The notes under the pieces are model-generated. The model had not been told where the DNA came from, searched no databases, and saw only the letters and a program-made list of their open reading frames with translations. A DNA stretch of 54,977 bases, filler included, from Bipalium vagum (taxonomy: Eukaryota): assembly GCA_037834085.1 (NCBI GenBank). It is 3 parts of 3 records of this genome, joined end to end, with 100 filler letters (N's around TTAATTAATTAA, not from the genome) between each part and the next. Parts side by side here need not be neighbours in the genome. Positions count along the whole stretch, not along the records: positions 1 to 16,406 come from JBBMKC010112551.1; positions 16,507 to 36,096 come from JBBMKC010271918.1; 1 more part is not named here. One strand, given 5' to 3'. A program made the position numbers and the translations under genes. This document shows, in pieces, positions 15,203 to 26,850 of this stretch. Numbering within the stretch: the first letter of the stretch is position 1; each line of letters opens with the position of its first letter.

Positions 15203-15208
15203 AATAAA
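15203..15208 (+). promoter_or_regulatory. Candidate polyadenylation signal of the PDE gene
   Basis: AATAAA about 220 nt after the stop codon. The motif is common in AT-rich DNA, so support is weak. Confidence 0.3.
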
Positions 15209-15709
15209 AACGGAGTTCTCTACTTCTAGTGTATGATCTGAATAGGTTTCTTTATTGAATTGTCCTTAAATATATAATATCAAATCATAAAAAGCGTATT
15301 TGTTTCAGTTTTGATTAAAACAATGCAAACATTAAAATTTTATCATGCAGAGTTAGTTTTAGTTTACTATTAAAACCAATCGATTATAGTCCGTAAATTT
15401 TGACGTTCTCCAGGAAAGAGTAGTGATTTTATCGTTTAATACTGCTGTCAGATTCGTTTGACTTCTCTGGTGATTTATAGAAAGGGAAATCTTCATTTAT
15501 TAGAATCATTTTTTAATCTATCAATTATTTCTAATTTTTTCTTTTATTTAATTTTCTGATTTGTATTGTTTTATTAATTGAATTTTTCCAGACAAAAAAC
15601 TGTGAAGATTAATTAATGTCTAAAGTGAAAAATTTTGATTAAATCTTAAAAGAAAAATTTTAATTCCAAATCAAAAGTATAAATATTTACAAACTATTAA
15701 AAGCATATA

Positions 15710-16260
15710 CAGTCCAGCCTCTGTAGTTTGACACATCGGAAATATTCCAACTCTCCAAAACTTGCCATCAACAATTTAATTATTGTGTAATATTACAAAA
15801 TAATCTTGTTTAAATACTCAGAATAACTTTTATGTTATATATGAAGATGCCTATAAAACCATAAATACATTATAGTAAAAGAGAAAAATGAGGTATTTGA
15901 TTATGAAAATTGAAATCCAAAAACAAGTCATTCAAGAACTGCTCAATTTTTTACAGAATAATATAAGTAAAAGACCTATAAAAGAGTCTTAGATTCTGAA
16001 GATGAAATATTAGCCTGTTCAAGAAATAATTCAATTATTAACACTAATCGCTCTCTTAAATATCCAATAATTGTATTGTTATGTACAGCTATGAATGGAA
16101 GTCATAAATTAAAACCATTTATAATAGGATTGCAGAAAAATCGGAGAGCTTTTAAAAATTTTGATTTTAATGCTTTTTGTCTATATTCGAATAACAAAAT
16201 TGCATTAATAATGAGTCATGAATTCAATGCCTGAATAATAGATTTTTATAATATTGTTAA
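15710..16260 (+). mobile_element. pogo/Tigger-like remnant
   Basis: TA|CAGT terminus; VLLCTAMNGSHKLKPFIIGLQKNRRAFKNF...YSNNKIA (DDE_1-like). Confidence 0.7.
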
Positions 16261-16406
16261 GATCCTAAGAGTGGGGTTGATTGATGTTAAAGTGGAGCTT
16301 ATTATGATACTTAGGCCTTAACGAGTGAAGGTTGCTTATATTTGTGTTCGGTTAAAATAACTGAGAGAACGATTTAACTTTTAAATACTTTTATTTTATT
16401 CAAAAT

Positions 16407-16506
16407 NNNNNNNNNNNNNNNNNNNNNNNNNNNNNNNNNNNNNNNNNNNNTTAATTAATTAANNNNNNNNNNNNNNNNNNNNNNNNNNNNNNNNNNNNNN
16501 NNNNNN
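16407..16506. other. Artificial contig linker N44-TTAATTAATTAA-N44
   Basis: An identical 100-nt structure recurs at 36097-36196; the spacer has stops in all six frames. Confidence 0.95.
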
Positions 16507-16709
16507 TTTTTTTTAATAATTATTTCTTTCTAAAGATATTGATTATTTTATCCAATGAAATATTTATTTTAAAAAATATTATCCATTATTATTAATCAAT
16601 TTTTTCAGCATACTCTATAAGCATTAAGCATACAAATAATTTTTAATAAAAACCTATATCTGAGATTTTCAATTTTTAGTTTTATAATTTTTCTTTAATT
16701 AATATTATT

Positions 16710-16721
16710 TAATAATAATAT

Positions 16722-16758
<37 letters not shown>
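16710..16758 (+). repeat. (AAT)n microsatellite
   Basis: Seen directly. Confidence 0.85.
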
Positions 16759-16760
<2 letters not shown>

Positions 16761-18029
16761 TATTTTAAATAAAATCATTGACCACCGGAATATAATTAAT
16801 TACTGTAGCTGTTATTTTGCAATAATTATATTTTAGTTACTACATATATATTCTAAAAAATATTTTATAATTTCTCATTAAAATAATTTAATCTTCAGAT
16901 CATTTTGGATTTGAATACTTTGATTAATTAAAAAGTATTAATCCTCGATTTATCTATTGGATTATGTATAACAGCGATTTTCATTTCTCAATATGTTCTT
17001 CAGGAATTCATATTTCAGCTCTGTTAACTTTCCAATTGTTTTCAGATAGTTTTTCATGCTTGCATGGATCTAGTTGTACTTTTTTACACATATTTTTTAC
17101 TACTTCAAAACAACTGTACCATTTCTTCGACTTTTAGGAATTGACTAATTTTCAAAGACAATGCATAGAACAGTAATCTTTTGTTAAAAATTGAATTTTA
17201 TGCACCAAAAACCTAAATATTTCTGAGACTTATTGATTTAAATAATTAATTAATTTAGGTTGGTGCAAAAGAATAATCAATTTTTAGAAAATTCAATAAC
17301 TCAGCTCAATCAAAACCTTATATATCAAGATATTATGATTTGGAACCAGGGCCCTTCTATAACCGGAAAATAACATATTTATTCCAAAGCAACGAAATAT
17401 TTAGAAGTTTTTCATATCACCTTTATTTTTAAACTCTTCTCAGAAATAAATATTTAAATTTCACTTATTTAAATACACTTTTATTCAAATAACTAAATTT
17501 ATAATTTAGCAACATAATAAAAACATAAATATATGTCATATCAATAGATAATACATGAAATACCAACTAGTTGATTAAATTTTAATCATATTCCTCAGAA
17601 AAAGTTTTTATAGATCACCAAGCTTTAAAGCTATTTTACGAAAAATATATTCAAAAATCTTGTTTGACTTGAAGATAATATATTTAAAAGTTAGGCCTTA
17701 AAATCAAGTTAATTTTGATCTTTCGTTATCAGTTCGATAAATTAAGGAAAATAAGAAATTATAGGGATAGACCGCATTATATAAAGTTGAGAAGAAAGTA
17801 TTTTCGCTTTTCTATATACTAAATTTAAAGCAGAAGCATATTAAGATTTCGATTATTATGTTTTTAATTATTGATTTATAATAATACATTGTAACTTGTC
17901 AAAGCTGGAACTTTTTTAAACAGAAAAATTTATATATACCGTAAACCAATGGTTATTGGATAAAGTAGCAATTTTTTCAGCTTTAGAAATATACTCAAGC
18001 CTAAACTTCCGGGTTATCATAAAGCAAAA

Positions 18030-18620
18030 AAACCATGAGTGACATCTGTCATATTTATAAATTACTTGTAGTAATTAAGTCAAGAAAATGGAAAATTCTT
18101 ATTATTTATAGATAATGAAACATTTCGTCCAAAAAAAACCTGTCGAATATTGAAATTGAATATATTCCTCCGAACTGTACCTCAAGCTGTTGTATATAGA
18201 AAATTAATTTTAAAAATGATAGTATTTATGAATTCCATTGGAAATTCTTTCTAGTTCGTTATGAGTATTAATTTACTGGATGCAATAACCATTTTAACAA
18301 TTGCTTTAAAATAAATACCTACGAGTTATGTTGCAAAAGCTTTCAAGTTTGGGTTTCTAATAGAATGTGATTCACATGTATTTTCAAAGATAACATGAAA
18401 GACCTACAATCGTTAATTTTTTAATAATATTTAGAGTAGATGGCAAATCTATGTTAAAAGCTGCTGAATTTGTAGATAATGATAATCATGTCTTTACAAA
18501 AACTAACACTGTAGATATTGAAGAAAGTGCAGATGAAGAGATTACCTTTGCAAAAGAAATTAAAATACCAAATTAACTAATTTCATCTTTCAAAACCCTA
18601 AAGGTTTATGCAACATTATG
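18030..18620 (+). mobile_element. pogo/Tigger-like remnant
   Basis: KILLFIDN...NIEIEYIPPNCTS motif of pogo DDE_1 domains. Confidence 0.65.
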
Positions 18621-18689
18621 TTGGATATTTATTTATTTATTTATAAACAATCTTTTCTTACTGGATAATTTGTTATTTCTATCCGATCC

Positions 18690-19500
18690 AAGCAACTGTC
18701 GAAAAAACTACGAGTACTTTATGTAATTGTTGATTTCAATTGGACTAATCCTAGTTATGGATTTTGTTATAAAGATTATCAAATCAGTCCGATTGTTAGG
18801 ATGGTCTGAAGGTACAACAACCTTTAGTTTATTGAATACTTCCTCTAACGGATTGAGAAAAGGTGAATACGGATTTATTTAACCATCTTTATAAATTCAT
18901 TGCCTTATGGAATGAGACATGATCCATCATTATAAAACTAGGCTCTTCCAACAATGGTAAGTAAATTCTAGTATTAAAAGAGGAAAATTGTAATTTGTAA
19001 TGGAATACACCATTTCCAGAAATATCCATAATCAAGTTTCTATTATGGCCCGACTATTTTTAATTTCCACGGTCGCCCTTTGTCTTACAATATTTCGACC
19101 AAATCGGCGTCGTATGTGCAAGTTGAAATCACTTTATAAATTTCATCGCTATATAAATAACATTGTTTGCATTTACAGAACCATTATTTTCGTTTGGTAT
19201 AAACGTACATGAATATGTATGCCTGGCTTCGATCACTGATGTAGTAATTCGTCCGATGGGTACTTTTTCCAGTGTTTTGTAAATTATTATGTTCCTCTGT
19301 AATATTTAATGAATGTGCGACAAGCTAATAAAAAAAATTTTAAAAATTAAAAAATCAACATTTACTTTATATAACACTTTTCTGCCATCTGTTCGTTTAA
19401 TTTCTAATTTTCTAGCTTTTTTAATATTGCCTTGTTCATCATCAAATGGTTTCCTGTGTTCTTTCTTGCCATCCGTCGACCCGGTACGTTGAACTTAATA
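18690..19500 (-). mobile_element. IS630/Tc1-like (DD34E) transposon remnant
   Basis: Minus strand IMMDHVSFHK and PYSPFLNPLEEVFNKLK. Confidence 0.75.
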
Positions 19501-19510
19501 TAAAACAGGA

Positions 19511-19545
19511 ATATATATATATATATATATAGTTATATATTATAG
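19511..19545 (+). repeat. (TA)n microsatellite at the retroelement breakpoint
   Basis: Seen directly. Confidence 0.85.
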
Positions 19546-19547
19546 TT

Positions 19548-22400
19548 ATGATGCTCATTATGGTTCCGTTATGCTCAGAACATCAGACGTTTGACAGAAG
19601 GGCTTTTTGGAGCCTACTCAGTAATTTTCCTGCCTGGGGCCAATGCATGAATCTGTTGTTCAGGATTAACATGTAAATCCTGTACGACGTATCCATTATT
19701 GCTATGGGTCTCCAAGCAGAAACCAGGTGTGATTCCTCATCTTTCCCTGGTTTTAAGAGCAATTTAGTCTTGAGGGACTTCCACTGATCAGGTATTCTCT
19801 GAAATCTATTGATATGATTGAACAAACCCTGCAAATAAACATGTTCAGGTTGATGATTTTCCAATCATCATGCGTAATCCCATCAATACCTGTGGAGGAT
19901 TTCTAAGCTCTCTTGAAAGCTATTTCGATTTCAAAGATGTCAATTTCGACCCACGGAATTTTGTGAAATCATTAAAGAAATCCAAGTTTATTCCAGGAGG
20001 ACTTGGTTTCCCAAAATAATTTTCAAACTCCAATTTAATTAGGTACGAAGTGGCAGTGGCCGAAGGCATTAGCGACTCAAAAATCTCTTTTTGGTTCTGA
20101 TTAAACCGACTTTTTACCACTGTACAGTGATGCCATGATCGGTTTTTCCCACTTTTTCTCCCTTTCAGGATGTTAAAGCAGTATCGCTTTTTTGGCTGAG
20201 TTTAGTATTTCAGTCAAATCGGCGTTCGGATCAATAAACTGGTCTAGTTGATTCAGAAGGATCTCCTCTCATTTTTCACACGTTTTTGTTTCCTCTTAAT
20301 TTCCTCAAATTTGGTCAAGATGAATTCAGGGTCAGTGGAATTCTTTCAAGTTCTCACAAAAATCAACCACATACTGAGCGATAAAATACCCGCAATCACC
20401 ATATCGGATCTGCAGAGGTCGATTGGGTAACACGCGGGATTCTAGCCTGAGATCTTCCTGATGTGCACTGAAACCTTGAATAATCTTGGTTAAATTTATT
20501 AACAGCCCCATCTCATCCCTATAACATTCTTCAGTCATGGGGTCCATCAATAAAGTGGAATTGGTTGATCTATCAGCCAAGAAGATGATCCAATGTTCCG
20601 CATTCCAGTAGATTGACCAGATAACTGTTTGCCACTCAAACAGTTCGGCAAATGGGAAAAGCTTATAAAAGACGACCAGTCTCTTTTTCATGAGAGCTCT
20701 GGCTGTTCCGCGCTTGATATATAAAATTTTTGTATAGAATTCAAGCTTGGTCCGGATGTAGAGTCTTCTAGTCTTCCCACCAAGTCAATCCAGCTTGTAA
20801 TCTTGGTCATCCAGCTCTATTTCTATGGCCGGTGCCGACAATTTACTCGCTGGTAGTTTTTGGACTGCTGGGTGTGCTTCCAAGTGATGGAAAAAAGCAT
20901 CCCGCGTTAGCTGCAGCCCGCAAAAGTATTGATATAATAAATCTATGCCGGGTACCATATTATTTCTCGCAACCAGATGTTTATCATGGTTGGGAGACTT
21001 TTTTCCCCTGACTTGGTAACTCAAATCGCATCTTCCACATAAGATTTTGAGTTTACTGTCCGCTTTACCCACAATCCCTTCCACTTTCCCCCCACCGAAT
21101 AGGAATGAAGTCCCATAATCGATTGAGTCAATGGAAGAAGAAACCGACAAGCGCCTTGACCTAAAAAGTTCCAGAGAGAAATTTTCATCCTCGTCAATTT
21201 CGGAGGGAGAAGAATTGACATTGTCCGGTGAAAATCCAAGTATTTTCACTGGATTCATTTCGTCTCCCATCATCAATACTTTGCGCTTTCTACGGACCTT
21301 GACTCTTAGTTTCGGTTCTTTGTTGTATATGGAGATGTCTCCCCCACTATACTGAACCAACGGGAGTTTTATTCCCTTTTCAGGAGCTATTTCCTTCGAA
21401 TTTGCAAAGCATCGTCTAATGACCCCGATAGCGGACTGAGAACCTGAAAGCGGATTATTAAACAATACTGGACTATTGCTAACTTGCGTCAACAAGTTAA
21501 CAACGTGGGGGAAAGCTGATGTGGTTAGACAGCTGATTATCATTCGTCCACTGTTGTGAACTTCCAGTATTTGGATTAGAGATCCATCAGAGGTTCTTGT
21601 CGTTCCTATTTCAGAAATACCGAATATACTTTTGACGTCATCCCCATCGGTATCGGGGTTATGATTCGTCCTTTTAACACGACTACCAATTTTATTATCT
21701 CCCTCGGTATTGGAGTGTGATGATGAGTCATTGGTATTACTTATAATATTATTACTTAGTTCATCGTTAAATAAATCATTATTATTATTTAGATTATCAT
21801 AACTAGAGTTATTATTTCCACTAGTTGATTGATCTGTCTTGTCTTCCTGACTAGCGTATAAGGGGGGATTTTAAGTGTTCACTACAGTGTCAATCTGTTT
21901 TTCAGCAGTTTGACTCTTGTATTTTGTTTCACATATTAATTCCTTTTCATATATTTCATCAAGAGGACATTCCAGGTCCGTTCCCTTGGTTGCTTTAATT
22001 AACATATTATTTATAATGCACTTGTCATGAAGGTAAAGATCGTCATAGGGAGCCAAATGTCGATGTCTTTTAAGTTTTCGATTAGATTTTCAGAGTTAGC
22101 CGTGTTATCTAAGTAAGTGGATTTGATAGATGGTTTCTTTGCCAGTAGTGAAAGAAAGAAGTCTGAAATTTCGAGCCCGGAAAACACAGAGTAAGTAGAA
22201 TGCACGAAGGAGTAAATAAATAATAAGAGTTTTTGTTTCAGGCATTTTAGGTTGTTTAATAGAATTGAAGTAGAACAACAGACATTAGTTTTAAGGAGAC
22301 ATGAAGGGCAATGCAGTAGAAAAGTATTTGAGTTGATTGTCCTTCTCAGAAATCGATTAAGTTATCAGAAAAGCAATTAAATGAATATTGAGTTGAAATC
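19548..22400 (-). mobile_element. NeSL-like non-LTR retrotransposon, degraded and 3'-truncated: long N-terminal region, degenerate Zn finger, Ulp1/C48 protease, RT N-terminal part
   Basis: RT: SSTGIDGITHDDW, WKSLKTKLLLKPGK, AWRPIAIMDTSYRIY, QKALLSNV*CSEHN. Protease: EHWIIF...LLMDP...LQIRYGDCGYF. One frame runs 22056 to 20332 with only two point stops. Confidence 0.85.
20332..20784 (-). pseudogene. Ulp1/SENP-like (C48) cysteine protease domain of the retroelement
   Basis: His-Trp, Asp 17 residues later, and Q-x5-C (QIRYGDCG), the same spacing as the yeast Ulp1 catalytic residues. Confidence 0.8.
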
Positions 22401-22559
22401 ATAGAGATAAAGATATTAATATTGACACTATTCCCTTTTCGGAATCTAATCCTTTTTGGTTCAGTGGTATTATTATTATTATTAATGTCTTCTTTATTAT
22501 TATTCGTTATTATTCGGTATTATTTATCGTTATTATGTCTTACTATGTTTTCAAATTAG

Positions 22560-22850
22560 GATATTTCTTCTTGCCATATAAAACATTCAGAGATATTTCT
22601 TTTGAAAAAAAAATTTACCATCTCCACCATTACTTAATACCTGTGGACGTCCGGTAATTTTTGCCAATTTCAATTCTATTTAAGGTTGGAAATCGTTTGC
22701 ATGTGTTTTGTTTTGGTTATAACTCTGGCTTTTAATCAACTTTCGTATATCGTTTGAAACAGAATTTCGAGGAATTATAAATTATTTATTAATTTGAATT
22801 CCTGCTAGCAAATTAATTAACACAAACAAAAATGTTCATTATCGACAATG
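22560..22850 (-). mobile_element. Tc1-like N-terminal fragment
   Basis: IPRNSVS..IRK and TGRPQVLS (GRP AT-hook-like) on the minus strand. Confidence 0.45.
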
Positions 22851-23833
22851 AACTCTGGTTAACCTTTTCGAAAAAGAGTTCAACATTTTTGAAAGAGTTC
22901 AGCATTAGTAAAATTAATGTAGGATATGTATGCCTCTACTAAAATAAAACTTTATTTTATTTTTAAACTTTGTTTGAATAGTTTAAAACTCGATATAAGA
23001 GACGATGACAACGGCACAAATATGAATATATATAAGAGAAATACATCAGAGGCCGCTTGCAATATTTATTTATGCATTTTTTCCCATACACAGCAAATGT
23101 ACAAACTGAATAAAATCTCAGAACTTTTTGCTTAAGATGGTTTAAATATTGAAAACCCGTTCCGGAAAAGTAATCCCAGTAGGATAAAACTTGGCTAATC
23201 CGTCACAATTATTTCACGATTAAATGGGTCTAATTTCTGTCCTAATTTACCTTCCCATCATACGATTTCAAAACTAGCTAGAAAAATGTGATAAAAGTAA
23301 ATTTTATCATTTTAATTTTAAATTAACTCATTAATACTTAAATTATCTAATTTTAATAAACGGGGCTCTTCGAGTCCATTTCGCTTTGGTTGAGAAATTA
23401 ATTTACCGTGACAAATGATTTCCAAATTTCAGCGTTTTTAAGGCACTTAATCAAACATAAAATGAAGGAGAGATGAATTATGAATCTCCTTTAAACAAAA
23501 TTGTACCTGAGAAATTCTGCATAAAATTTAATATGCTTAACAAGTATAAAATGAAATAGAACAGAAAAGAGTCTTCTGTTAACTTTTTTTTATTATTTTT
23601 ATTAAAAACATAAATATATATAAATTTTTATCAAACCAATATCTGTTCTTATATATTATTTTAATTTTAGTTTTAAACTGAGTACGGTTTTATTTTATTT
23701 ATTATCATTATCTCATGTCCTTTGACCTTTCGAATATACACGATGCTTTATGAGTCGAATTAAATACAAAAGATTTTTATATTAACCAAATGATAATAGT
23801 TTATTTATTTATTATATAAATAAATAAAATGAC

Positions 23834-24760
23834 TAGGGCAATCAAAGATATGCATTTTAGGAATCATTATATACGCATATAATATGCTATAAAAATAACC
23901 TTCAAAATAAACATTTTAAAAAGACAAAAACCAATAAATAAAATAAGCAACCAATAAATATTATTAAGAACAATCAAATTTTTATTACAATGAATTACAA
24001 AAACATCATTCAAATTTGCAAATAGTTAACTTTCCATATTGCATCTAAATAAAGTTTAAAACTTCGTAAATTTTCTTTCTACGCCAGACTACGGGAGTAT
24101 ATCTAAATGCTAATAGTTCATTAATGGTGTATTTTGTAATAGCTAAATGGCTTTTAAAGGAATCACCAGTTAGGTAACTAGTAATTGCTTCCGTATCATT
24201 TATTCATCGACTTTAATAAGAACAGACAAATTATTATGAATGTAGTAGCAATATCTCCTTTTAAAGCCAGTGTTTATTTTGTATAAAAAAAGAAAAAATT
24301 TTTCCATTCAAAAATTATGAAATTTTAAAATTTACAATTTTAACATATTAATAAAAAAAGTATTCAAAATGTAGATATATAATAAGTATCTTATTGGCAT
24401 GCAAAAACTATAAATATCAACATCTTTCAAAAATATATAATATTTATTCTTTTATCACAAAAATAACAAGTGTCAGAAAAAATATTTCCACCAGTATATA
24501 TATTGATTTTCTCATTAACACGTAATCCTTCTGTTTCTAAACGTGTAAGCATATCAGCAATCACCACATAATTTGAAGCTAAAAGTATAAGTTCTACTTC
24601 GAAAGATTTCTTTTTTAATATCTTTTGTAATTTTTATAGATGAAGCTTCCAGCGCATAAAAAAAACATACTATCAAAAGTTTTGGGATGATATTGTAAAA
24701 CAGACAACCAGGTTACTCATTGAGTAATAACTAGTTATGGTGGAAATTGGAAATCTGGTT
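23834..24760 (-). mobile_element. hAT-type transposon remnant
   Basis: FPP*LVITQ*VTWLSVLQY (a decayed PP..VITRWGTWL) and AFRYTPVV..VER; terminus TAGGGCAAT. Confidence 0.6.
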
Positions 24761-25744
24761 CAATAGTTTTAAAATATTCTATTCTTAAAGTTGTTTTACT
24801 GAACACTTTTTAGTGTTATAAATAATAGATCAATATCTACAAATAGTCATTTTATATGCTCAGAAACTACATTTTTAATCATGGTTAATCATAGATAAAA
24901 ATTCTCTTATTAATAAATAGTAAGTTTTATTAAATAATATTAAGAAAAAAAATGATAAGCAAGTTTTGATTTTGCCAAAAGGCAACCAAACACACTTCTA
25001 TTGGTGATGTTACTGTAGGTTATCGAAAAAATATTTTTCTGAAAAATTTTATTTTTTTAATTGTTTCTTTTGTTGAAAATACCCATTGTCATTTGGCTTA
25101 TTGTTTATGTGATATACCAGTGCGAGTAGCTCTTGATCATATTAGAAAGCTTTATAAACTTTTCTTGCTTTGTTTTACCACTTAAAGGTATGAAAAAACA
25201 AATGCTTGGTCACTAAAAATTCAACTTTATCGGAAATCAATATTTTATCGATAAATCTAAAATATTTTTATTGAAGTTTTATTTTACAATTTTAAGCTTT
25301 ATTGTGTTGGTATAATGTGGAGCTTCATTCAGGCAACAAAATTAAGCTTAAGTCGAAACAACTATCAATAGAAAATCGCTCCAAATTTCTGTATTTGCAA
25401 AAACTGGATTTTCTGAACGAAAAATACTCAAAACATTATTGACCGACTGTGTCAAATTTTGATATCAGAAGGAACTGTACATAGAGGACTTATGGAGTTA
25501 TGCTGATAGAAAATAGATGAAAAACCATGTAAATCTGGTTTTGAACTTTGGAAACAAATTCTAACTTATTCGGAAACAATACCCATCGACCAAAGACTGA
25601 TTTTGAGCTTGCCCATATATTAGTTGATTTGAAGAAAAATATGGGTGGACCAACAAAATATTAGGTTTTCTAGTATAAAGTTGAGTCATTGTGAAAATTT
25701 AATAAATTTGATATCAATTTCAGTGTTATACATATGATAATGAG

Positions 25745-26050
25745 TAGGGCAATTTAAAAATCGCATTTATTCATTAAAAATATAGTGGCTTTTAAAAAAT
25801 TAACTATTATGTAACAAACTTTATTCATCAAATACATTATCAATATTGTGAAAAATAGTATCGCTTTTAAAATTTCTTTGGTTAGTTAGCAGATTTCCTA
25901 AAATAGAAAAGCTTCGCTCTACCGCATTACTTGAAGGTGGACATTTCTTTAAATAAGAATATTCAATTGGAGATACTTCTTCTTTACTAAACTTTAATTT
26001 GGATATATTTTCTTCTATTAATCGTTGTATTATCTTTGTGAGTATTTGAA
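25745..26050 (-). mobile_element. hAT C-terminal dimerisation-domain remnant
   Basis: YLKKCPPSSNAVERSFSILGNLLTNQRNF; terminus TAGGGCAAT. Confidence 0.7.
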
Positions 26051-26259
26051 CATATTTTTGAATTTTTAAATTTTTATAAAGTGTCCTTTTTAAAATTCGA
26101 TATTCGAATATTCATTATTGTAATGTATTGGTTAATTTTAAAATATTAATTTAATTTTAAAATATCTTTTTTAAAAATGAATAAAAGAGACACTTTATTT
26201 AAATTAATTAATTTACGGAAATTTGTTTAAGTATTTTTTTTGGACTTATAAAATTTTTA

Positions 26260-26715
26260 AAATTGTACCACAAGGTAAAGCGCAACCTCATTTTCATCTC
26301 CTAGGATTCTTCCTCAATATCATTCATTTAATCTAGAATAATCTTCATATATCTTGTCACCTGTATAAAGCATATAAAATTATAAAAATATTAAAAATAA
26401 AAAGCTTACCATTTTGAAAGAATTGTTTGAAGTAAAAAACATATATTAAATATTTTTATAATATATATTTAATTTTTATAAACAAACTTTATTCAAACTT
26501 TTTTGGCAACCGGTCAGATGACCGGTATAGGTAGGTAAGCCATATTGAAAACTTTTCTCATTAATTAAATGAGAAGATTATTCAATAAATGATTGTACGA
26601 GCATCTTAGTAGAATACATACACTTACAGATCGTCGCAATAAAATTTTCTATATGAATTTCAAGATTTAATTATAGAAACCGTCATTTGACCGGCTTTAG
26701 TAGGTCTAGTTTTAA
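26260..26715 (-). mobile_element. piggyBac-like 5' end
   Basis: TTAA at the end; terminal and subterminal copies of CCTAC..CCGGTCA.ATGAC.G; ATG, a 49-nt intron and an acidic N-terminal remnant. Confidence 0.4.
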
Positions 26716-26850
26716 TTCTTAAAGAAATCCTTTTTTTTTATTTTGAGATTTTACTTCCATTTGAATTTTCGTAATCTTTAAAAGTACTTAAACAACTTTT
26801 TCTTATTTTTATTTTAAGTTATATGAATATTGGCTTGAAAAATCAAATTA

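Noticed and set aside
15370-15560. Minus-strand frame (…ITTLSWRT…) as a possible ABCA C-terminus
   Set aside because: It lies across a linker, lacks the LEQVF motif, and is adjacent to pogo-like KKLEIIDRLKN sequence.
16451-16462. TTAATTAATTAA palindrome inside an N-run (also at 36141-36152)
   Set aside because: Synthetic six-frame-stop spacer, not biology.
21021-21355. Alternate-frame and antisense ORFs within the retroelement
   Set aside because: Shadows of the main retroelement frame.
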